Below the pieces are notes generated by a model. The model ran no database searches and was not told where the DNA came from. It was given only the letters and a program-made list of their open reading frames with translations. A program made the position numbers and the translations under genes. This document shows positions 9,238 through 16,038 of a stretch of DNA of 27,659 nucleotides, in pieces; position 1 is the first letter of the stretch, and each line of letters starts with the position of its first letter. Source of the stretch: Fibrobacterota bacterium. Lineage in GTDB: Bacteria; Fibrobacterota; Fibrobacteria; UBA11236. Location: positions 1-27,659 of the forward strand of contig JAYUVP010000159.1 of assembly GCA_043753995.1 (NCBI GenBank), given 5' to 3'.

Positions 9238-10976
9238 GGTGAAATCCATTTCGTCAGAGCATGTCCTTCAGCACCGTTTGCTTCCAGAAACAAAAGCCTT
9301 CCGCTCTCGAAAGCGCTCAGGGGAAGGCGGCATTCCCAACCTTCTGCTCCATTTGTGGCGGCATAGGTTCCGAGGACGCGGCCGTCTGGTAAAAGGACCC
9401 GCAGGGTAAAGGCACCTACCCATGGTGGACGCACTCGAGCATCGCGCCCCAGATTCCGGATGTCCCAGGGGAGTGAGCGGGCCAGTGGCAATGCCGATTT
9501 CACCTGCACCGATGGCTCTTGTCCCGGGCCGAATGCATTCAGGGTATAATAGCCGTCTACGCCATAGGGGGTTTCCCCGTCCTTGGATTTCATGTTCACG
9601 AGCTTAATCTGCACCACATGGTTGGTTTGCAGACCCGTCACCGTCAGGTTAACCTTGAGGCCGTCCGCCGAGGGTGTCACCGTGCCTACGCTTAAGGTTC
9701 GTGTATCCTTTTTCGCCCCTCCATAAGCCGAGGTGGGTTCATACCACCATTGACTGACCTGGAAGCGCGCGGGCACCGCGTCTGCAGCGGCGATAGGCTT
9801 GGTGAATTCCACTTCGAGGGTGGTCGCATCCTTGGAGCGCACCGCAAGCATCTCGAAAGGAATCACCTGGGTGGGAGTCAATCGCTCCAGATCATACCAC
9901 GGTTCCGTAAAGGTCCAGCCGCCGTCTCCGCCAACCCCAGCCAAAAGGATGGAACCCGAATTATCCGGAGCCAGCAAGAGGCGCTGAACCCCGGCGGGCA
10001 TATTGGAAGCGAAAGGGAAAACGCAGCCCTGCAAGCGACCATTCACCTTCTCCAGATTGGCGCGCAGAATTTTCTTGTTAGTCACTTCGCCTATCAACGC
10101 CTGCCCCTTATAAGGCCCCTGTTTCAGGAAAATGATATTAGAAGGCGAATTGGCCACCTCGCTGTGGGGCAACCAGAGAATCGGAGGGGTCATGGTCTTG
10201 GTGTCGAAGGCTGTGAATTTATGGCCATAAAATTCACCCTGCCTTACCTCATTCAGTCGGGAGACCGGGGTCCAATCTCCTTGATTGTCGCTGATGAGCA
10301 TTTCTCCGCCAGGCCCCCAACTGATGCCATTGGCATTGCGCAATCCACCGGCATAGACATCCGCCGTGCGCCCGTCCAAGGAAATTTTTGCCACGGTCCC
10401 ATTCCATTTCCCCTGAACGGGATCCGATCGACCGGAAATGATTCGGGTGCCAATGGGGACATAGAAGAAACCGTCCTTGAAGGCCAACCCCCCGGACCAC
10501 TTCCTATCGGCATTCTTAATGCCTTCGCTCCAAATCACCGCGCGAGCTTCGGCTACGCCATCCTTGTCTGCATCAGTGAGTTTGATGACGCCTTCCTTAT
10601 TATCCAGCACATACACTTGACCATCGACTACTTCGAGCCCTTGAGGGGTGTAAAAACCGGAAGCGAAAGTCTTCGAGCTCACATCATTGGCGGTACCTGC
10701 GAGCACTCCGTCGAGAAGGAGGAGATTGCTCGGACCGGAAACATGGTTATGGCCATCCATCACCATGGTCAAAACGAGCAGTTTTCCATCGGGCATCCAC
10801 TTGATATCGCCGACGATTGGCCGAAAACCAGACTTCAATAGCGTGGTGAAGGTATAGGCGGGATGGCGACCCGTTTGAGCCAGCCCCAGGGAAATGGCTG
10901 CCACAACCACTAGGGTCATTCGAGTGGCAAGGGTTAAGCACCGAAGGGCAACCAGGTTGAGAAAGTTGGGAACCAT
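9234..10976 (-). CDS. Secreted beta-propeller (PQQ/sorbosone dehydrogenase-like) protein with Ig-like domain and C-terminal tail
   Basis: FASG...P.GL, D.DKDG.A, GLRNANGI, DNQGDW.P and PFE..AVR...VEFT.P motifs. Start placed at MVPNF (AGGA upstream); the ORF is open to 11084. Confidence 0.8.
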   Translation of the reverse strand: MVPNFLNLVALRCLTLATRMTLVVVAAISLGLAQTGRHPAYTFTTLLKSGFRPIVGDIKWMPDGKLLVLTMVMDGHNHVSGPSNLLLLDGVLAGTANDVSSKTFASGFYTPQGLEVVDGQVYVLDNKEGVIKLTDADKDGVAEARAVIWSEGIKNADRKWSGGLAFKDGFFYVPIGTRIISGRSDPVQGKWNGTVAKISLDGRTADVYAGGLRNANGISWGPGGEMLISDNQGDWTPVSRLNEVRQGEFYGHKFTAFDTKTMTPPILWLPHSEVANSPSNIIFLKQGPYKGQALIGEVTNKKILRANLEKVNGRLQGCVFPFASNMPAGVQRLLLAPDNSGSILLAGVGGDGGWTFTEPWYDLERLTPTQVIPFEMLAVRSKDATTLEVEFTKPIAAADAVPARFQVSQWWYEPTSAYGGAKKDTRTLSVGTVTPSADGLKVNLTVTGLQTNHVVQIKLVNMKSKDGETPYGVDGYYTLNAFGPGQEPSVQVKSALPLARSLPWDIRNLGRDARVRPPWVGAFTLRVLLPDGRVLGTYAATNGAEGWECRLPLSAFESGRLLFLEANGAEGHALTKWISP

Positions 10977-11189
10977 TTTACATCCTACTCCAACGAGGAG
11001 AAACTTTCCAACATGCATGCATTGTTTGCCGAATGTAATGCGTGTTGCGCGGCAGGGTGGTAAAGAAATACCCAAGGAGGCCAATCCTTGTCATTATTGA
11101 AAACCCAGAGTGCTGCGAGGCCTTCGCAACATGATTTATTTTACGCTGAAGCACATAACTTTAGAAGCCAGCGCAAATATCGCTTCCCA

Positions 11190-11340
11190 AGCCGCCAGCA
11201 TTTTCTTGGGAACCCTTTGGACCAACCTGGGATATTGCTCCAACAGGTTGTTAAATCGCTCCCCGGCGGATTCTTTCCTTATCCACCGATCGCAGGCACA
11301 GGACTTCGGTGGCTTCCATACAATCGATAAAGGTGGACGG
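11190..11340 (-). pseudogene. Remnant of a Crp/Fnr-family transcriptional regulator
   Basis: Minus strand 11340-11272 reads PSTFIDCMEATEVLCLRSVDKER. After a frameshift/deletion, 11270-11190 reads SAGERFNNLLEQYPRLVQRVPKKMLAA. Both resemble Bacteroidota-type Crp/Fnr proteins; start and HTH are missing. Confidence 0.7.
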
Positions 11341-11341
11341 A

Positions 11342-11656
11342 CATTTCGGCGATCGGCATGGGCCGCAAGGCGACTCTGGTCGCGGCCTTGCTTACTATGG
11401 GTATATCGACGGTGCTTATCGGGCGATTGCCGGGCTACGATCCAATCGGTATTCGGGCAATACCCGCGAGACCTTTTTACTGATGCAAAGGTTCGGTGTC
11501 CTTATTTTCACGCTCACCATTCCCCTCTCTTCTTGGTTGGCCGATCGATACGGCAGGCGCATATCCCAAATGACCGTTATGATAGGCGTCATGGGTTTCG
11601 GTTTGGGGTTTGGAGCGCTTTTCGGTTCGGAAGAAACAAAACACCAGGAACTGTGA
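11342..11656 (+). pseudogene. Internally deleted second copy of the MFS transporter gene
   Basis: 11342-11449 matches 6249-6355, with 44 bp identical (11361-11404 = 6267-6310). ~11452-11630 matches ~6827-7005. 11633-11658 matches the 3' end (ETKHQEL* vs ETKHKEL*). Confidence 0.92.
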
Positions 11657-12765
11657 TGAATATGAAATGCAACTCCATCCTGATGCTAGGCTTCGCCGTA
11701 CTGGCCGGTACACCGGACCATGGCTTGGCGGCCACGCCGGACTCGGCGGGAACCGTCGTCACCTTGCCCGCGGAAATTGCGGCCCCCAATACACCGGTCA
11801 TTGCCGTCTACAAGGTGAATTCATTTTGCGAAGGCCCGGCTTGGAATGGCCAAGGTCGGCTGACTTTCAGCAGCACCAATTCGGGATTGATTTATTCCTA
11901 TGAGCCGGCAACCAAGACCCAAGGAAATTTCCTCAGCCTTGCAGGCGCCAATGGTCAGGAATATGCCAATGACGGTCGGCTTTATGTTTGTGCACGAGGC
12001 GGTATTTATTCCTTCAATGCTCAGGGCGGAGACAAACAAACCTTTCTCACCGCCTCTCCCGATCCCAATGACTTGAGTTTCGACTCCAAGGGCAATTTGT
12101 TTTTCTCGACTTACAATCCGAACTTCTCCTACAAGGCCGCCAATGGCACGGCTAAAACCGTCAACCCCAAGGCCTACAAATCCTCGAATGGTATCGAGTA
12201 TTTGGAAGAGGCGGGAATTCTTTATGTCAATGATTATGCGGGGAGCATGACTTACAAATACACGGTGGGACCCGACGGCAACCTCAGCAATGAAACCACC
12301 TTCACCCCCGTTTCTTCACCGGATGGCATCACGATCGACGAAATGGGCAATGTCTATGTCTCGTCAGGATTAGCCGGCACCATTGTGGTTTTTAATTCGG
12401 CAGGGCTCAAGCTCGGCGAAATCATTGTCTCGAATGCTCTGGGTGGCGATACTCGTCCTGGCCTCGGCTACAACACTTCGAATTGCGCCTTTGGGGGCCC
12501 TGATCGAAAAACACTTTTCATCACGGGTGATGGAGGATTGTATGCGGTTCAGCTCAAGGTGGCGGGAAGACAGAGGCCGAGCAGCTCTTCGATTCTTCGC
12601 TCTTCATTCCGTCTTGGCCAAGGTCGAGTCGGCAGCAGAGTGACTAGAAAAAGCCAAACGCCTCCAAGAGGGAATATTGCGGCGGGCATGACTCTTGGCT
12701 TTTTTGACACTCAAGCACAGCCCCGCAGCCTATTGCTCACAGGGCGGCTTCTCCCTGGGAAATAG
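11656..12765 (+). CDS. Secreted SMP-30/gluconolactonase/LRE family protein with basic C-terminal tail
   Basis: EGPAW, NG, PNDL, SNGI, PDGITID.GN.YV and NCAFGG.D.KTLFIT motifs. Signal peptide follows the ATG at 11656; the longer ORF from 11110 runs through pseudogene debris. Confidence 0.92.
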   Translation: MNMKCNSILMLGFAVLAGTPDHGLAATPDSAGTVVTLPAEIAAPNTPVIAVYKVNSFCEGPAWNGQGRLTFSSTNSGLIYSYEPATKTQGNFLSLAGANGQEYANDGRLYVCARGGIYSFNAQGGDKQTFLTASPDPNDLSFDSKGNLFFSTYNPNFSYKAANGTAKTVNPKAYKSSNGIEYLEEAGILYVNDYAGSMTYKYTVGPDGNLSNETTFTPVSSPDGITIDEMGNVYVSSGLAGTIVVFNSAGLKLGEIIVSNALGGDTRPGLGYNTSNCAFGGPDRKTLFITGDGGLYAVQLKVAGRQRPSSSSILRSSFRLGQGRVGSRVTRKSQTPPRGNIAAGMTLGFFDTQAQPRSLLLTGRLLPGK

Positions 12766-12802
12766 TCCGGCCTTTTCGGAGAAGGCTTTTGTGGGCTAGG
12801 TG

Positions 12803-12843
12803 GAATTCCAAAGCCTCTCTGAAAGAGTTTGGGATTCTTTTTT
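12803..12843 (+). terminator. Intrinsic terminator after the gluconolactonase gene
   Basis: GAATTCCAAA-GC-CTCT/AGAG-TTTGGGATTC hairpin followed by a T run; a second hairpin (GCCTTTTC/GAGAAGGC) lies just after the stop. Confidence 0.6.
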
Positions 12844-12937
12844 ATCGACTCGTATTGGGATCGAATCGCCACCAGGGTCGCATCAGAACTTTTTAGAAGG
12901 CTCGCCACGAAACCAAGTCTCGGGCGGATAGCCAATC

Positions 12938-13011
12938 GCCGGTGGGGAGACCGAGGCCGACAAAGGCTTAGAAGAATGGCGGGCCGAGGTCGGGGGCGGC
13001 AGGCCGCCCCC
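12938..13011 (+). repeat. Structured ~75-bp intergenic repeat, copy C
   Basis: GCCGGTGGGGA-GACC-GAG-GCCGAC-N16-GGCGGGC-CGA-GGTC-GGGGGCGGCAGGCCGCCCCC; preceded by AATC, as in copy B. Confidence 0.88.
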
Positions 13012-13022
13012 TCTGAATAACC

Positions 13023-13949
13023 TTAATCGACCTTAGCCTGCAAGTGACGTAGGCCAGCTTTTTTCACGATATAAACACCCGTCCCAACTCTCTCGGACTC
13101 ACTTGCGGAGATTCCCGCTTTTCTACCGTCCAAAGAAAATATTTCGGCACCTTCACCCCTTCCCTTGGAGCGGGACATCTCAGAAAAAGAGCTCCGTCTC
13201 GCCTTGGTCGAGACCGCAGTCATGTCGGCGATTTTAATGTCCTTGTAGTAAATCAACACTTTTTCCTCGGCATGCGCCTGCAAGGCGATATATCCGGTGC
13301 TTCCCACGTTTTTCGACTTGTGCAGGGCATCGTTCAAAACCCCTTCGCCATTGAAATTGCCGAAGGGTATACCGTTTACGATGGTCTTGACGGTCATGCC
13401 TTTGACCTGGATTTCCAAATCATTCCAGTCGGGGAAGTAATTGAATTTCCAACCTGCTGGAGTGGTGACATTGGCCCTGGTGATGTTCCAATTGGGAAGA
13501 TCGGGGAAGAACCACCTTTGGCTGTTCTTGGTCATGTCCAAAATGCATCCCGTCCGCCAGTTATTGACGGTGTAGATGTCGACTTGTGGGCCATTCAGGA
13601 AGCCGCCATTGTCATTGGTATCCCAGGAACTGCGGAAGTTCACGCCGCTATTGCCTTGATTCCCACTGGGTGCTGAAAATTTCAGCTTCATGACGAAATC
13701 GGTATAGGGCTTTTCGGAATACAGCCACAGCCATCCCGCGCCGCCGGGGGATTCGAGGTGGATATACCCGTCATGGACGGTGGCGAAATTCTTGATGTCG
13801 GTGGCTGCGCTTTTGGTGTTCCATCCCGTGAGATCGGTGCCATTGAATAGGGAAATGAAATTCGTGTCGGTTTGCGAAAAAGCCAAGCCGGGTAAGAGCG
13901 AGATTAAGCTGGCAAATAAGAAAAGGCCCAAGTTTTTGTGAATATTCAT
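13023..13949 (-). CDS. Secreted DUF1080 (3-keto-disaccharide hydrolase) domain protein with T9SS/Fibrobacter-like C-terminal domain
   Basis: SLFNGTDLTGW, Y.DF, GNSGV.FR, WN.LEI, G.IALQ.H and YKDIKI motifs; signal peptide; GGAG before the ATG at 13949; tail FSLDGRK..GVYIVK. Confidence 0.92.
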   Translation of the reverse strand: MNIHKNLGLFLFASLISLLPGLAFSQTDTNFISLFNGTDLTGWNTKSAATDIKNFATVHDGYIHLESPGGAGWLWLYSEKPYTDFVMKLKFSAPSGNQGNSGVNFRSSWDTNDNGGFLNGPQVDIYTVNNWRTGCILDMTKNSQRWFFPDLPNWNITRANVTTPAGWKFNYFPDWNDLEIQVKGMTVKTIVNGIPFGNFNGEGVLNDALHKSKNVGSTGYIALQAHAEEKVLIYYKDIKIADMTAVSTKARRSSFSEMSRSKGRGEGAEIFSLDGRKAGISASESERVGTGVYIVKKAGLRHLQAKVD

Positions 13950-14051
13950 ATTGGATTCTCCACCCATGGGATGACACGCATGTCCGGTTCAGGGAAATAG
14001 GGAGATAGTTAAATTCCCGCGGCGCGCTAATCCCAAATTTCCTGGGAAAGC

Positions 14052-14059
14052 TAAGTTTG
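14052..14059 (+). promoter_or_regulatory. TAnnTTTG promoter element
   Basis: TAAGTTTG 11 nt before the ATG at 14071; no Shine-Dalgarno sequence. Confidence 0.45.
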
Positions 14060-14070
14060 GTTTCCCCGAT

Positions 14071-16038
14071 ATGAAATCTTTTCGCGTTTCTCTGCTGTGG
14101 GCCGTGGCTATGCTTGCCGCCTTCATTTGGATGGGCTGCCCCACCCAAATGCAAATAGCCCTGCCAGTAAATCCCCTAGGAGAAAAGGTACCCGAGCGCT
14201 GGAAGGATGAGCCGGTTTTTGTTCTAAGCGATAGCTCGATTTTCCGCTATGAACCTCATGGTACAGTTGCAAAAGGCGCCAATCTTGAGGTTGAGAGAGT
14301 GACTTGGTATTGGATACGCAAACGTACTCCAGAAGTTTTAGCGAATTTACCCCTCTACGATTTCGAAACCGTAGAGTCCATTCCCGAGGTTAGGGTGAAG
14401 GCCATTTTTGCTGACGGATCGACTTGGGAAAAAACGTCCCTATTCACCCGCACCAATGTGCCGGAAGAGGGTTTGGCTGCATCCAATCGCTTTGTTCGAT
14501 TCGTAGCCATTCCACGTTATGCAGCGAATACCTTAGTGCGCTTACAAGTCAAACGCCGCTACATTCGACCGGAATTCGTGGCAGGAGAGACTTGGCGCGG
14601 TCCTTTTCCAATCGTCTCACGGCATGTGATTATCCAGGATCGCGAAGGCGCAAACCTCAAGGTCGGAATGACCAATAGTGAAGGCTTGCTTCTGCAGGAA
14701 ACAAGCACCCACCTACCCACGGGCGAGGTGATGCGCACGTGGAGTTGTGACAGTCTTGCACGCCTAGACCTGCGAAGTCCTTTGACCGATCCTTTGTCTT
14801 GGTATGCGGCGGTGCGTATTTCCTGCCCCTTAAAAAGCCGGGGTAAACCGATGAGCCAAGGCAAGCCACCCACAGCCGCTGGAATGGAAAAACCGGTCGG
14901 CCCTAGCCTTCCGACATGGGCTGATTTGGGAGACCACTACCTCGCCTTAGCGGAGGCCTCCATGCAGCCGTCTCCGGCGCTCAAGGCCTTCGCCCAGTCG
15001 CTGGGCCAAGCACCCGATGACACGTTGATCGCTCGGGCATTCGCGGCGCTTGGGAAACGTTTACGGTATCACGCCGACGAAGAAAAGCTGCATGCCTTTA
15101 TTCCCCGTAGCGCCGAAACCATTTTCGCGCGCGGCTACGGGGATTGCAAGGAAATGAGCCTGCTTCTGCACCTTGTGCTGCAAGAACGGGGCATTGAAAG
15201 CCGACTGGCCTTGACCGCCGCCCCACCCATGGGACAAGCCTCGCCTGATTTCCCAACCTTGGGCGGCTTTAATCACATGGTTTTGGCCGTGCCTGGCCTG
15301 GGTGGGAAGATCTGGCGCTTCCTTGATCCGACCTTGGGCGAATGGCCGGCTTATCGCTCGACGCTAAATCTTGCGGGACGGCGGGCTTTGCTCTTGGCAC
15401 CTTCAGGGCAATCGCAATTTGTGATCATTCCTGCACCCGAAGGACCCGCTCAGGAAATCATGACCAAAAACTCGGTACGTGAAAAGGCCGGTGGTCAATG
15501 GACCTTGGAAGGATTTATCGAATTGCGTGGGTTGGCGTCTCAATACCCGGCTATTAAAATGAGGGGGCTGGGCCGTGAAGAAAAATCAAGTTTTCTGAAA
15601 TTTTTCCTTAAAGAATCTTTTGGGCTGCTCGCTCTGTCGCAAGAGATTGTCGTCAATGAGCCCGATTGCCTTCGCATTCAATACACTGCCGACTTTACCT
15701 CGCAATACCTGCAACTCGATAAGGGAGGATTTTCTTTAGAGTTGCCTACCCTATTTGGAGGCCGGACCGGATATACCACCGTGGATTGGGAAGGGCCACG
15801 CGAATTCAAATCCATTTTGCAAAACGATAGCTGGATTTTACCGAATGGTTTTAATGAGTTGGAAGGTCAAGGGATGAACCATTCCCTCGCAAAGGCGACC
15901 TTCACCCGAGGCAAGGGCGAAATCAAACGCCAATATGAAGGCTTTTCCGCCAAGATTCCGCGCGGAGATTCGGTGATTTCGAAATTTCAAAAGGAATATG
16001 AACGCCTGCACCGAGTTTCGGTTTGGCGCAAGAACTGA
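14071..16038 (+). CDS. DUF3857-like/transglutaminase-like domain lipoprotein with intact triad
   Basis: Lipobox-like WMGC; PR.A......GYGDCKE (Cys), FNHMVLAV (His) and FLDPT (Asp). Confidence 0.85.
   Translation: MKSFRVSLLWAVAMLAAFIWMGCPTQMQIALPVNPLGEKVPERWKDEPVFVLSDSSIFRYEPHGTVAKGANLEVERVTWYWIRKRTPEVLANLPLYDFETVESIPEVRVKAIFADGSTWEKTSLFTRTNVPEEGLAASNRFVRFVAIPRYAANTLVRLQVKRRYIRPEFVAGETWRGPFPIVSRHVIIQDREGANLKVGMTNSEGLLLQETSTHLPTGEVMRTWSCDSLARLDLRSPLTDPLSWYAAVRISCPLKSRGKPMSQGKPPTAAGMEKPVGPSLPTWADLGDHYLALAEASMQPSPALKAFAQSLGQAPDDTLIARAFAALGKRLRYHADEEKLHAFIPRSAETIFARGYGDCKEMSLLLHLVLQERGIESRLALTAAPPMGQASPDFPTLGGFNHMVLAVPGLGGKIWRFLDPTLGEWPAYRSTLNLAGRRALLLAPSGQSQFVIIPAPEGPAQEIMTKNSVREKAGGQWTLEGFIELRGLASQYPAIKMRGLGREEKSSFLKFFLKESFGLLALSQEIVVNEPDCLRIQYTADFTSQYLQLDKGGFSLELPTLFGGRTGYTTVDWEGPREFKSILQNDSWILPNGFNELEGQGMNHSLAKATFTRGKGEIKRQYEGFSAKIPRGDSVISKFQKEYERLHRVSVWRKN

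Noticed and set aside
9750..10841. 363-aa plus-strand ORF
   Set aside because: Antisense shadow of the propeller gene with no recognisable motifs.
11110..11655. 182-aa N-terminal extension of the 551-aa ORF
   Set aside because: It reads through Crp and MFS pseudogene debris in the wrong frame or strand; the signal peptide follows the ATG at 11656.
6249..11656. MFS and its remnant as a DGR template/variable repeat pair
   Set aside because: Differences are not adenine-specific, include large deletions, and no reverse transcriptase is present.
3304..13011. Repeat copies as integron attC sites or a CRISPR array
   Set aside because: No RYYYAAC/GTTRRRY ends, mixed orientation, kb-scale spacing, and no intI or cas gene in the window.
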